Shown piece after piece: positions 26,057 to 40,282 of a stretch of 64,000 bases of DNA. The notes under the pieces are model-generated. The model did not search any database and had not been told where the DNA came from. It worked only from the letters and a program-made list of their open reading frames with translations. Made by a program: the position numbers and the translations under genes. The DNA is from Malacoraja senta. Its lineage: Eukaryota. The stretch's first letter is position 1. Every line of letters begins with the position of its first letter. The stretch spans positions 434,001-498,000 of the forward strand of contig CM076000.1 in NCBI GenBank assembly GCA_038087875.1, given 5' to 3'.

Positions 26057-27721
26057 TAACACACACTTTAAAGTAATGCTCTCCAGTTTAGCATTCAGCA
26101 AGTTACTGATTTCATTTGTGTTACTTATGTGGGAAGTCAAGCCCAGGTCGAGTATTTCCCAGACTGAGAAAAGCAAATATTTAACATTTCAATCACCCAC
26201 ATGATTCCACCTACAAGTGGTCAGAGAAGTTTGACAGACCAGCATCAGATCACCTTCTTGGCCCCTTAGCTCAGTTTGCTATATTTAATGAGTGAAAAGG
26301 GAGAGCATTTCAGTGCAAAAAACCCACTGGATCCTCACTTGAGGATAAAACTTGTATTTTACTTTAAACCTCGGGGGGGGGGGGGGGGGGGGATCTGACA
26401 GTACCAGATGTATGCATATGTTGGAAGTTGTCGATATAAATAGATGTGTGTGTGTTATAAAGGCTGCAATTCTTCAGAAACATATAAATTTGTCACACTA
26501 CTCTGTTGGCAACCATATCTTATACAAACAAATGAACTGTCAGTGCGAGCTTGAAGCTAAAATGAAATTTGGCAAACCAAGGATTCCTACTACTCCTGGG
26601 AGCCATACATTCTTCACTATGGATTGTGGCTCATTTAGTTCAAATTGAGGTGCCTAACTTAAGGCACAAAAACAGCAAGTTTAACAGTTTCAACTGAGTG
26701 ACACATGTTCAACAGATATCTTTCAAGCATGTTATGAATGCAATGCACAGATTCAGATCTCTTCCAAGTGTCGACTGTAACTGGCAACTCATTTAGGCGA
26801 AAATAGTAAACTAATTAGGATATTATTAGTTAAAACACAATATTCAAAGGATTGCTATTTTTTCCAGCATAGTTTCACACATTTATAAGCTTTACTTTAA
26901 CTAAACTCAAATTTGTTGCCAATAGAAAAAGGAGAAAAATTAAAAACCTCACCAAAACCAAATCTCAACCACAGGTATCTAGTGCGATGGTTTGTTTTAG
27001 CAGTTGTAGCAACGAGAATTAAAAAATCTCACAGGTTGAACGCACAAACTTTTGCCTCATGAAAGAATCTCAACTTTCATTGGAGATAACTGACATTCAA
27101 CATATAGAATTAAAATACAGCTTTGATATCAATGACGGATAATGAAATAACAAAAACAGAGTCCAAATATAAACTAAGTTGTTCTTCCGGTTTCACAATA
27201 TTTTTTTAAATGTATGACTTAGATTGCAACAGAGATTACAAAATCTGATTATCCTCCATCAAGTAGATCGGCACATGGATTTGCAGCAAATGTAGGTAGA
27301 TAGATCACCTGCAGGCAGAGAAGATTGATTTAACCTGGCATCATCTTTGACACAGTCATTATGAGCCCCATCCCACCCCATTTTGTTCTTGAAATGGGCA
27401 CATTAATATTCCCTCAGTCCCTGCAAAGTAATTGAAAATCCTCTGGCCTTGCAAAATAGTGAAATAGTTCTCGAACAAAATCGACTGTCAAGTGAGTCTA
27501 CAACCAAGATTGTTTGTGCTCTCATCAATCACACCGTAAAGCAGCCCCGTCCAACACACTAATCTCACAACTTCTTGCAACTGAAAACAACTCAATTCAC
27601 ATTTATTTGTGGCTGCACTAACTAAAAATAACTAAAATATCTTTGCTGATCTACGAATATAATCTTGCACAATCCGAGAGTCAGTGGTTCCATTTAATTG
27701 CTTTATATTAATAGGTGGTAG

Positions 27722-27949
27722 TGTAGCGGCACCTGCTAGCACACGCAGATATCGAACCCGGTGTTCAGAAGCCGCGGTCACGTGACTCGGGAGGGGCTGT
27801 GGTTTTCGCGCGTTTTTTCCCTTGCGCGCGTTAGTTCAGCGCTGACCACCGATGTGGCCAGACGTGTCTGTTAAACCTGTATGCTGCAACTTGAACTTTC
27901 GAATAAAGTATTGTTGAAAACTCCAGGAGTCGTTTATCAAACCACTAAA
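27722..27949 (+). mobile_element. Solo LTR (Gypsy-like)
   Basis: Starts tgtagcgg and ends ccactaaa (imperfect inverted termini); 4-bp TSD gtag at 27718-27721 and 27950-27953; AATAAA at 27902; CpG-rich. Confidence 0.7.
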
Positions 27950-30900
27950 GTAGCTGCAATTCTGTTATATTCTTTTCACATGGTAATACCATTGCACTGT
28001 GATTTGTATTCCGAGGACACTCACACACTCAAATGGTTAAGTGTCCAGCATCTCTGCAGTGAACACTTTTCATATTTACTATCTTCCCCATCCAATGTAA
28101 TCAAGGATCATGCAAGCAAAAGCCCGGGATAAGTGGAAATGATCCAAAAGCAAAACGTTGAAAGGACTTTGTTTTTGTTTAAAAATGCTGTCTGTCTGCA
28201 CAGGAATTGGGGGGTGGATGCAGATTATTGTAACCTCAGAGTATGCAGCCATTCCAGTGACCTCACCACACCAAAACAAACCACACCACACTCAGAATCC
28301 TGGGAAACTACATGGAGGAGGGTGGAGGCAGCACTACAGCTGTTGAAGAGTCCATAACTGACACGGGGTATGGAGTCTGCGTGCCAACGATGCAAGTATC
28401 TATCAGAGTGTTGGACTTCAACTTACAGCTGCTTTCAAATCGAAACAAGAAATGGAGAAATCAATTAAAAAGTTATAATTCTTCTGAACAGTAGAAATCT
28501 TATTTGCAGATTTCAACAAAAAAATGCTAGACACCTGGTAAAGTGATATTTCACATCAGATTGTCAAGACAAATAGCACAGATTATCCAGATTCTAAAGA
28601 TCTAATTATGGTCACATTTTGAGTCAAGACATATTGATAAGAACAATTTTAAAGCAGGATTTATCTTGCAGATAAGGACACAACTTGGTCAAATGAAGAA
28701 GCTCTTTGAAAGAATTTGCTCAAGAACTTATCTTATCAAATCACCATTAACTATCCTATCAGACGAAGCATTCTAAGCCCACACCCTCACGGTGTAATGA
28801 AGTTAATCGTGTCATCACTGCGTAATTTTCCACTCACGGTGTAAACCAGCATATGCAGTTCCGTCCTGCATATTCTGTTTGCCCCACTGCGAAATCTCAA
28901 CCTAAAGAAGGGTCTCGACCCAAAATTTCACCCATTCCTTCTCTTGGTGAGCACCCAGAGGTCACAGGAAGAGCATACAGACTCTGTACTGACCGCACCC
29001 GTGGTCAAGATCGAAGCCCGGTTTTCTGGCGCTGTAAGGCAGCAACTCGACATCTGCACCACCCCTACGTTTGCATTCACTGGAGTTCTAAACAACAAGA
29101 GGGGATCTAACCGAAACGTACAAATATTTGACAGAGCTAAATGGACTGGTGTGGGCAGGATGTTTCCCTGGCTGGGAGACAATCTAGAACCGGAGACCAC
29201 AAACACATGACATGGGATAAGATACTTAGCAGGAAAGAGATGACAAAAATCTTCATTTTGGAGGTGGTGAACTGGAGGAATTTTGCTACCACAGAGGACT
29301 GTTGAGACCTAGTTGCTAGGTCTAGAAATCAAGAGGCACAAGCCATCAAGGGATATGGCAAAGAGTCAGAAAATGGCATTGAGATAGATAAACATCCATA
29401 CATAATGAATGACAAAGAAGGTTCAAGAGCTTATCTATTCCCCTTCCTGCTACCAGTGTCTCGGCTCTTAAGCCATCATAAACCAGGTGGAAAAACAATT
29501 GATTCCTGTACCACTCATCATTACACCAGGTACATATGCATATCGTACAGGATAGCATATTCTTTCCCTTTCTTCCCATTTACATTTAACCAGTTCCTCA
29601 TTAAGGTGTGCACTATTTGTATTAACTACATCAGAGTATTGTAAATTCCCAGAAATACTTTCATTTTTTATAATGCAAAAGGGAAGGAAAGAAATGAGCT
29701 CCACAACTGAAAAAAAGTCTAGTTAAAGAATCGGAAGGCAAAGTGATGGACCTGAGGAACCTGTATATGTACTGCCAGTAAGTGTGAGGAAATGCAACTT
29801 GGTGTGTCATCATTGGTGTAGCTCAAGACAAAAAAAACAACGACTGCTTTGGAGAGTTGGGGTGGGCTTGACAGACTGAGCCAATAGGCACTTGAGAAAT
29901 GTGCACAGGGCAAGATTCTGCAGGAATATGGGAGCATACATAGCTTCATAATCAATCCCACTGCAAATAGAATGTATAGCATTCAGGGAGTTTAGAATCA
30001 ACATTATAATCAGAATGTACTAAAGAAAATGTTTGCATTTGTTTTCATATTACCCTTGAAAAAAATCCAATCAACAGTTTTGCCGTTACTGATACAACAG
30101 GACTTTGTGATATCTACTATAGTAGCTCATAGATCATGTACTAGTTAGTTCTCATTAATTGTTGATTAATAAATTCAACAACTATATTTGAAAACTCAAC
30201 TTAAATTGACTGGTAGCACCCAGATTAAGAATGCCGATATTACCACATCTATAAATTACAAAGAATCTGTTGACTTCAACAATGGTACACCCCAAATGTG
30301 TTTTTTGCCAAAATGTCTAGACATCCAATTCTTTTAATGCAAGCCAGATCAATGAAACACATTTTTTCCAATCTGTTTAAAAGAAAAGATTCTTGTAATT
30401 TTAAAACCTCAAACTGAATGCAATTTCATGTCTTCCTGACAAGTTCACAACATGGGCACAGAATTAGTATCACCAATTGTTTTTGAAACCAATGCAAAGT
30501 CTAGGACGTGCCATTGGTTTTTAAATTTAATACATGGCTGACCGAAGTAAAAGCTATGTTGCCTGAAGTGATATTCCTTTGTGTACAAAAAGAATAGTGT
30601 ATCATTGCAGATGATGCTCAGATTGCTGACAATGCCTGAAACGGTAGAATTTGACAAGCAAAGCCCTTAACCATATTCTTCATCACGAGATAGCTAACAA
30701 CAAAAATGATAGCCAAACATAGAGGCACTTTTCAACTAATGAACAATAGAGATATAATACTCAGTTACTTGTAAAGCGCAGTACTTAAGCAGGAGATGAT
30801 AAATACACAAAAATTGTGGTGAGTTGGTTTGGATGAAAGCTGATTGAGGGGTTGTAAACAGAACTTGGGAAAGCAAAGTTGCAAACAATGATGCGGGACA

Positions 30901-33304
30901 GTTGCAAGTTACAACTGAGACAATAGTTAACATCTTGGAAAAGAAACGGGCAACAAAAAACTAGAAACGTGATGCCGCAGCTTAAGAAAATAGCTAATAA
31001 AAATGCTTTTTCGTGGTATATGAACAGTGAGGAGAGCATGACAAGGGAGCTAAGGGATTAGATGATTAAAAGGGGATTTATCAAGTTTTATTATCAAGGA
31101 ACAGAAATATTAGTTGCTTTACTTCAATAACTACCAAGGCAGCAAATCAAGTGGACAAACAGGGTGGGGTTTGACATAAGAGGTGAGATGAAGGATAATA
31201 TAACTGTTAAAATAACAGTTTATATTATTAACCAATATCTAAGTGAGGGTTCAAATCCTTGATCCAGATGAATTGCATCAATGTATTTTAGAAAGGACCA
31301 AGGAGGGAGAGAGACACTATTATGCATTTTTAATTATTCATGCCACTAAGAGACTGATGGAATACTAACATAATACCTAGATTTAAGAAGGGAGAATTTT
31401 TTTATTTTTTTTTAAACAAAATGTCAGTAGAATTATATTCATTCAGCTGTGGGGGGAAAATCTCTGCTTAAGATAAAAGTGGAAAAGAAGTGTCTCAAAA
31501 TTAAAAATTAAAATGAATAGTCGACATGCATTTCAGGAGGGAAGTCCTGCCTGAACAATTTCACTCAATCCTTTAAAGCACGTAAACATAAAAACTGTGA
31601 CAAAACCAGGTTTGGAGGCTGGGTCCTGCAGCAGCGAGTGACTCCACAAAGCCTTTCACCATGCACGAAAAAGAACAAATCAAACATGTAACTGAACACT
31701 CTACACTTGCCAGAAATAGAGCAGCTCGAGTGTTGTTGCAGCTAATTGATGTCCCAGCAAACAGTGTGCCTGCTTACCTGCACTCATTTCCTCAGCCTGC
31801 AACATACATTGCAGCCAGAGTATGCAGGTGGCAGTGGCATTATACACTATTTATGAAATGTATTGCCATTCTGTTATTAGAGCACTCCAACAGCTTTTCC
31901 CCAGACACATAATCTCAACCACCAAGGAGGACAGGGGGAAATCAGGTTCATCGGGACATAACCCACAGATTTCCCTCCAAGTCACATTGATATATTCCCC
32001 CAGGTGAAGATGCAAAGGGTCAAAATCTTGGAACTCTCAGCCAACAAGTTTTGGCATATCTTCACCTGGGCTCCAGTGGCTCTAGGTTGCAGCTCAACAC
32101 CAATAAAGGGCATTTAGAGATGGATATTAAAAGCTGGCCTTTCAGTGACTCCCACCACCCCCCCCCCCCCACACCCCCCCCCCACCCCCAAATATGTAGA
32201 AAAGCAGCTTGGTGATTTATGAAAAAAAGTACCAAACGCAAATTTCTATAAACATTATATTCCTATAATTCATAATCCTATTTCCTTTATTAATTAAAAA
32301 TTAGAAATACAGTATTAATTATTGTAATATTGTAACCATGTAATCATTGTAATGTGATATAGGCAAAATAACTCGCTGTGCTTGTAGCATGGTAGTCAAG
32401 TCATGGTTCTATTTCATTCCAAGTGATGCCTTTCAGAAGGTTACCCAGGGAGATTATAAAGAATTAAATTGTTATAGAAACAATCTATTGTAGTGATTGA
32501 GACAATGCCAAACTGACAGCTTTGGCTCTTTATTCCCTGGGAAAAAATAATTGAAGCAATTGACACGATGAGTCAAGTTAGACGAGTCAAGTTAAATGGC
32601 GTTTTTGCATCATTAATCAAAGTAGATTTAAAGCAAATAGTCCAACTCCAATTACTGAAATTGCACTGGACTACACAAAACTCATTCACTTCAATGAATC
32701 AGATGTAAATGATATTATCCACCCTATTCCACAACAGGCACCACTTGGCTGAAAAGTTGTGAATTGTCCCAAAAACTTAATTAGCTAACTTGCTTCATTC
32801 AGCTCCCAGGCATGAAATCTCTCAATACGCTAATTGATTAGGATGCAGATTAATGGGAATGCATGTTATTGCAAGAACATTAAATATTCTGCTGCCAGGA
32901 ATAAAATATTGTGGAAGATTGGACAATCACTTTCTGAATCCCTCTATTCACTCCACACGTATAACTCCAAGTCCTCACGCACACCGCGAGTTTCAGATTT
33001 AAGAGCAGCTTCTTCTCATCAACTATCAGGATGTTAAACCTGCACAAGCTTAGCCTCAACCCTACCTTAGCAATGATCTATTGTGAACTTTGCTTTGGTT
33101 GCACTACATACTTTGGGTTTGGACTATAATAATCTGAGTGCGAGAGGAAGAAGATTGAACTTCATTGCCTTCCATCACAGTACGGAATGTGGAATCCCAA
33201 TGTAATGGATGTTTATGTTAACTTATGTGGTTGCGTGTCTTGTTGCTTATCCACTTAGAATGGCTGCATGGTAACTCAAATTTCACTGTACTTTAATTGG
33301 TACA

Positions 33305-34268
33305 TGACGATACACAACTCTATCTCCCCCTGAAGCCCCAAAACAAATCAAGTCTGCTTAACCTTACCCGCTGCCTCGAGGATATAAAGTGTTGGATGGC
33401 CCAGAACTTCCTCCAACTAAACGAGAGTAAGTCTGAGGTCATCCTTCTCGGCCCCTCGGACTCAATCAGAATGATAGCAGGCAGCCTTGGAAGCCTTACC
33501 CCACTACTCAAACCTTCACGTCAAAAACCTTGGCGTGATATTTGACTCAGCACTGAAATTTGACAAACAAGTCAATGCCGTGGTAAAAGCTAGCTTCTAT
33601 CAGCTTCGGACGATAGCTAAAATAAAATAAATCCTCCACTTTGATGACCTCGAAAAGATCATCCACACATTTATCTCCTCCAGCCTAGATTACTGCAACT
33701 CCCTTTACACTGGCATCAGCCAATCTTCCCTGTCCCGCCTGCAACTAATCCAAAACGCCGCAACGAGACTCCTGACGGGCACCCGAAAAAGGGACCACAA
33801 CACCCCGATCCTGGCCTCTCTCCACTGGCTCCCTGTGCTGCTCCGTATACATTTCAAGATCCTCCTCTATGTCTACAAAGCCCTCAATGGGCTTGCCCCC
33901 ACCTACATTAAAAGTCTTCTCACCCACCACTCCACCTCCAGGTCCCTCAGATCATCCGACTTGGGATTGCTGAATATCCTGCGGTCTAGGCATAAGCTCA
34001 GGGGCGACCGCGCCTTTGCGGTTGCAGCTCCTAGACTGTGGAACATCATCCCCCTTCCCATCAGAACTGCCCCCTCCATCGACTCCTTTAAGTCAAGACT
34101 AAAAACGTATCTATACTCCCAAGCCTTTCTTGACATCCTCTGGGCGAGGGCTATATGTATATATGTATGTAGTTTGTTTTTTTATATTATTCTTATAGCA
34201 AATGTAAAGCACTTTGGCCAACGAGAGTTGTTTTTTAAATGTGCTATATAAATAAATGTGACTTGACA
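33305..34268 (+). mobile_element. L2-clade LINE 3' fragment
   Basis: DDTQLYL, WMAQNFLQLNESKSEVI, LDYCNSL, LQLIQNAATRLLT, LHWLPV..RIHFKIL, RAFAVAAPRLWN; aataaa tail. Confidence 0.9.
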
Positions 34269-34743
34269 ATAAACTAACCTTGAAACCTTGATTACCTATA
34301 TTACTACTAATTTATTGTATATTTGTGCTGATGGACATTTGTTGTTCGGTTCCTGGTGCATATGACAATTAAATACTCTCGACTCTTTAAGAACACATTA
34401 AATACTCTGTCTCCATGAATAATATATTGGTGAAGACAAATGCAGATTCGTCGACCACTTTCAGAACATCTCAATGCCACAAGTATAACAGAGTCCCTAT
34501 ACTCATCAATTGTATTTCACGCAGGCAAAAAACTGCTGGAGGGTCTTAATATGTCAGGTAACACCCAGAGGGAAATTATGTTTCAGGTTGGGGTCCATCT
34601 TCAGATAGAAGCAAGATCGCAGTGAGTTGAGGGTTCAGCGAGTTGAGGGTTCTGTGAGTTAAGGGTACAGTATTTATTAGTAAAGGTACAGTTTAAAGGA
34701 TAAAGATTTTTATAGTGTGAGTAAAATCTTTTGGGAGTAAGCT

Positions 34744-35742
34744 ATGTCAGTGGAGATTGGCCCCGTGGTTTGCTCAGCCTGCAACATGTGGGAGATCAGG
34801 CATATGGTCGGTGTCCCTGGTGACTACGTTTGCAGGAAGTGTGTCCAGCTGCAGCTCCTGGCAGACCGCATTGAACGATTGGAGCTGCGGTTGGATTCAT
34901 ACTGGAGCATCCACGATGCTGAGAAAGTCGTGAATAGTACGTACAGCGAGTTGGTCACACCACAGGTAAAAGGTAAGAGGACAGAAAGGAAACAGGTGGC
35001 CAATAGCCAGCATAGCAGTAGGCAGGTAGTGCAGGAGTCCCCTGCGGTCATCTCCCTCCTAAACAGGTATACCAATTTGGATACTGTTGGGGGAGATGGC
35101 TCATCAGGGGAAGACAGCAGCAGCCAAGTTCAATGCACCATGGGTGGCTCTGTGGCACAGGAGGGGAGCAAAAAGAGTGGAAGGGCAATAGTAATAGGGG
35201 ATTCCATTGTAAGGGGAATAGATAGGCGTTTCTGCGGCCGCAAACGAGACTCCAGGATGGTATATTGCCTCCCTGGTTCAAGGGTCAGGGATGTCACTGA
35301 ACGGCTGCAGAACATTCTGGAGGGGGAGGGTGAACATCCAGTTGTCGTGGTGCACATTGGCACCAACGATATAGGTAAAAAAAGGGATGAGGTCCTACAA
35401 GGTGAATTTAGGGAGCTAGGAGATAAACTTAAAAGTAGGACCTCAAAGGTAATAATCTCTGGATTACTACCAGTACCACGGGCTTGTCAGAGTAGAAATA
35501 GGAGGATATTGCAGATGAATACGTGGCTTGAAAAATGGTGCAAGGGGGAGCGACTCAAATTTCTAGGGCATTGGAACCAGTTCTGGGGGAGGTGGGACCA
35601 GTACAAACAGGACGGTCTGCACCTGGGCTGGAATGGAACCAATGTCCTTGGGGGAGTGTTTGCTAGTGCTGTCGGGGAGGATTTAAACAAATGTGGCAGG
35701 GGGATGGGTGCAAGAGCAGAGAGGCAGAGGGGTGTAAAATGA
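34744..35742 (+). CDS. CR1 ORF1p: N-terminal zinc finger/coiled coil plus SGNH/GDSL esterase domain (332 aa)
   Basis: CSAC...CRKC, leucine heptads, GDSIVRG, VVHIGTND, DGLHL. Confidence 0.88.
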   Translation: MSVEIGPVVCSACNMWEIRHMVGVPGDYVCRKCVQLQLLADRIERLELRLDSYWSIHDAEKVVNSTYSELVTPQVKGKRTERKQVANSQHSSRQVVQESPAVISLLNRYTNLDTVGGDGSSGEDSSSQVQCTMGGSVAQEGSKKSGRAIVIGDSIVRGIDRRFCGRKRDSRMVYCLPGSRVRDVTERLQNILEGEGEHPVVVVHIGTNDIGKKRDEVLQGEFRELGDKLKSRTSKVIISGLLPVPRACQSRNRRILQMNTWLEKWCKGERLKFLGHWNQFWGRWDQYKQDGLHLGWNGTNVLGGVFASAVGEDLNKCGRGMGARAERQRGVK

Positions 35743-35849
35743 GGGTAGAAGCAATAGGTAGCAAGGTTAAAAGAGGCAGGCAGACAAATCCAGGGCAAAA
35801 ATCAAAAAGGGCCACTTTTCAACATAATTGTATAAAGGGTAAGAGTGTT

Positions 35850-38652
35850 ATAAAAACAAGCCTGAAGGCTTTGTATCTTAATGCAAGGAGCATTCGTAAT
35901 ATGGTGGATGAGTTGAATGTGCAGAGTTATTAATGAATATGATATAGTTGGGATCACGGAGACATGGCTCCAGGGTGACCAAGGCTGGGAGCTGAACATC
36001 CAGGGATATTCAATATTCAGGAGGGATAGACAGAAAGGAAAAGGAGGCGGGGTAACGTTGCTGGTTAGAGAGGAGATTAACGCAATAGAAAGGAAGGACA
36101 TTAGCTTGGAGGATGTGGAATCGATATGGGTAGAGCTGCGAAACACTAAGGGGCAGAAAACGCTAGTGGGAGTGGTGTACAGGCCACCTAACAGTAGTAG
36201 TGGAGTTGGGGATGGCATCAAACAGGAAATTAGAAATGCATGCAACAAAGGTAAAACAATTATAATGGGTGACTTCAATCTACATATAGATTGGGTGAAT
36301 CAAATTGGCAGGGGTGCTGAGGAAGAGGATTTCTTGGAATGTATGCGGGATAGTTTTCTAAACCAACATGTAGAGGAACCAACGAGAGAGCAGGCTATTC
36401 TAGACTGGGTATTGAGTAATGAGGAAGGGTTAGTTAGCAGTCTTGTTGTGCGTGGCCCCTTGGGCAAGAGTGACCATAATATGGTTGAGTTCTTCATTAG
36501 GATGAAGAGTGACATTGTTAATTCAGAAACAAGGGTCCTGAACTTAAGAAAGGTGACTTTGAGGGTATGAGCCGTGAATTGGCCAAGATTGACTGGCAAA
36601 TGATTCTTAAAGGGTTGACGGTGGATATGCAATGGAAGGCATTTAAAAACTGCATGGATGAACTACAACAATTGTTCATCCCAGTTTGGCAAAAGAATAA
36701 ATCGGGGAAGGTAGTGCATCCGTGGAAATCAGGGATAGTATCAAAACAAAAGATGAAGCGTACAAATTAGCCAGATAAAGCAGTCTACCAGAGGACTGGG
36801 AGAAATTCAGAGTCCAGCAGAGGAGGACAAAAGGCTTAATTAGGAAAGGGAAAATAGATTATGAAAGAAAACTGGCAGGGAACATAAAAACTGACCAAAC
36901 ATTTTTATAGATATGTGAAGAGGAAAAGATTAGTTAAAACAAATGTAGGTCCCTTGCGGTCAGAAACAGGCGAATTGATCATGGGGAAGAAGGACATGGC
37001 AGACCAATTGAATAACTACTTTGGTTCTGTCTTCACTTAGGAAGACATAAATAATCTGCCGGAAATAGCAAGGGACCGGGGGTTAAATGAGATGGAGGAA
37101 CTGAGTGAAATCCAGGTTAGCCGGGAAGTGGTGTTAGGTAAATTGAATGGATTAAAGGCCGATAAATCCCCAGGGCCAGATAAGTTGCATCCCAGAGTAC
37201 TTAAGGAAGTAGCCGCAGAAATAGTGGATGCATTAGTGATAATTTTTCAAAACTCTTTAGATTCTGGAGTAGTTCCTGAGAACTGGAGGGTAGCTAATGT
37301 AACCCCACTTTTTAAAAAGGGAGGGAGAAAGAAAATGGGGAATTACAGACCAGTTAGTCTAACATCGGTGGTGGGGAAAATTCTGGAGTCAGTTATTAAA
37401 GATGGGATAGCAGTACATTTGGAAAGTGGTGAATTCATTGGACAAAGTCAGCATGGATTTATGAAAGGTAAATCATGTCTGACGAATCTTATAGAATTTT
37501 TCGAGGATGTAACTAGTAGAGTGGATAAGGGAGAACCAGTGGATGTGTTATATCTGGACTTTCAGAAGGCTTTCGACAAGGTCCCACATAAGAGATTAGT
37601 ATGCAAACTTAAAGCACATGGTATTGGGGGTTCAGTATTGATGTGGATAGAGAACTGGCTGGCAGACAGGAAGCAAAGAGTAGGAGTAAACGGGTCCTTT
37701 TCAGAATGGCAGGCAGTGACTAGTGGGGTACCGCAAGGCTCAGTGCTGGGACCCCAGCTATTTACAATATATATTAATGACCTGGATGAGGGAATTGAAT
37801 GCAACATCTCCAAGTTTGCGGATGATATGAAGCTGGGGGGGCAGTGTTAGCTGTGAGGAGGATGCTAGGAGTCTGCAAGGTGACTTGGATAGGTTGGGTG
37901 GGTGGGCAAATGCATGGCAGATGCAGTATAATGTGGATAAATGTGAGGTTATCCACTTTGGTGGAAAAACAGGAAAGTAGACTATTATCTGAATGGTGGC
38001 CGATTAGGAAAAGGGGAGATGCAACGAGACCTGGGTGTCATGGTACACCAGTCATTGAAAGTAGGCATGCAGGTGCAGCAGGCAGTGAAGAAAGCAAATG
38101 GTATGTTAGCATTCATAGCAAAAGGATTTGAGTATAAGAGCAGGGAGGTTCTACTGCATTTGTACAGGGTCTTGGTGAGACCACACCTGGAGTATTGCGT
38201 ACAGTTTTGGTCTCCTAATCTGAGGAAAGACATTCTTGCCATAGAGGGAGTACAGAGAAGGTTCACCAGACTGATTCCTGTGATGGCAGGACTTTCATAT
38301 GAAGAAAGACTGGATAGACTCGGCTTGTACACGCTAGAATTTAGAAGATTGAGGGGGGATCTTATAGAAACTTACAAAATTCTTCAGGGGTTGGACAGGC
38401 TAGATGCAGGAAGATTATTCCCGATGTTGGGGAAGTCCAGAACTAGGGGTCAGTTTAAGGATAAGAGGGAAGTCTTTTAGGACCAAGATGAGAAAATCAT
38501 TTTTTACACAGAGAGTGGTGAATCTGTGGTATTCTCTGCCACAGAAGGTAGTTGAGGCCAGTTCATTGGCTATATTTAAGAAGGAGTTAGATGTGGCCCT
38601 TGTGGCTAAAGGGATCAGGGGGTATGGAGAGAAGGCAGGGATGGGATACTGA
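35850..38652 (+). pseudogene. CR1 ORF2 (APE endonuclease plus RT), broken by several frameshifts/stops
   Basis: Split over ORFs 35917-36570, 36567-36770, 37092-37850, 38019-38480 and 38404-38652. Confidence 0.92.
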
Positions 38653-39139
38653 GTTGGATGATCAGCCATGATCATATCGAATGGCGGTGCAGGCTCGAAG
38701 GGCCGAATGGCCTACTCCTGCACCTATTTTCTATGTTTCTATGTCTATGTTTCTAACCCTAAATGTCATCTATTCATTTCCATCCTCGGATGCTGCCTGA
38801 CCTGCCCAGTTCCTCTAGCAGTTTGCTTTTTGCTTCAGATTCCCGTATCTGCAGTCTCATGTCTCATCTCACTCCATTTGCTTGCGCTCCTTTCTAGTCT
38901 ACATTGTTCCAAAAAAAGTCAAAGCAAACTTGATGAACAGTGTTGTATCCTCCAATGAGACACAATCAAAACTTTCAGAACCAACACATAGTTCAACAAT
39001 TTCAGATAATCAGCATTTTGATTTTTCCTTCATCTTGATTAATCCAATTCTTCCTTTCATGACTCGTGGAGATTGATTTTCTCCCTTTCTCGTTATATTA
39101 CTCTCTTTCACTCAATATTTTGCTAGGCTTTGTCATAGA

Positions 39140-40012
39140 GCCATTGAGAATCATAGCGATAGAGTGTGGAAACAGGCCCTTCGGCCTAACTTGCCCACAC
39201 CGGCCAACATGTCCCAGCTATACTAGTCCCACCTGCCAGCATTTGGTCCATAACCTTCCAAACCTGTCCTATCCATGTACCTGTCTAACTATTTCTTAAA
39301 CATTGCAATAGTCCCTGCCTCAACTACCTCCTCTGGCAGCTTGTTCCATACATACACCACGCTGTGCATGAAAACGTTACCACTCAGATTCCTATTAAAT
39401 CTTTTCCCTTTCACCTTGAACCTATGTCCTCTGGTCCTCGATTCTCCTATTCTGGGCAAGAGACTCTGTGCATCTACCCAATCTATTCCTCTCATGATCA
39501 TAAACACCTCTATAAGATCACCCTTCATCCTCCTGCACTCCAAGGAATAGAGTCCCAGCCTACTCAATCTCTGCCTATAGCTCACACCCTCTAGTCCTGA
39601 CATCCTCATAAATCTTCTGTCCCCTTTACAGCTTGACAACATCATTCGTATAACATGGTGCCCAGAACCGAACACAATACTATAAATGCGGCCTCACCAA
39701 GATCTTATACAACTGCAACATGGCCTCCCAAATTCTATACTCAATACTCTGGCTGATGAAGGACAATGTGCCAAAAGTCTTTTAGACCACCTGCGACTCC
39801 ACCTTTAGGGAACTGTGCACATGCACTCCCAGACCACTCTGCTATACAACACCCTCTAGTGTAGGTCCTGCCTATGTTAGACTCCCCAAAATGTAACACC
39901 TCACATTTTTCTGCATTAAATTCCATCAACCATTCCTCAGCACACGTGGCCAATTGATCAAGATCCTGGTGCAATTTTTCACAACCATCTTCACTATTTG
40001 CAAAACCACCAT
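39140..40012 (-). mobile_element. CR1/HER1-type LINE 3' fragment
   Basis: WLMEFNAEKCEVLHFG, RLGLYSLECRRMKGDLIEV, RTRGHRFKV. Confidence 0.88.
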
Positions 40013-40282
40013 GAAGAATTTGAATATATTCAATTTGTTCAATTCATCAGAAACAACATTTTCAGGATGCAAACATTTATCTCACTTTGGCACATGGACA
40101 TTGCAGGTGTTCATCGCTCATCTCCAGTTGTCTTGAAAAGGTGATGAGCCAGTCTTGAACTACAGTAACCCACATGGTCACCATACCTCCAGAGTTTCTT
40201 GATGTTCTTATATTGCTCAAGTAGCTTTAGTGAGTCACTACAAACCACTCAGGACAGTACACATCTTTGTCATGGTACATTA

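Larger units (their letters stand above)
34620..38755 (+). mobile_element. Near full-length CR1 LINE (ORF1 open, ORF2 disrupted)
   Basis: 5' tandem gtgagttgagggttc repeats, ORF1, APE (NARSI, GITETWL, GVVYRPP, MGDFN, SDHNMV), RT ([35 protein letters not shown]), and (TTCTATG)-type tail. Confidence 0.97.

Noticed and set aside
35802..38675. Minus-strand ORFs over the CR1
   Set aside because: Antisense shadows of CR1 ORF2.
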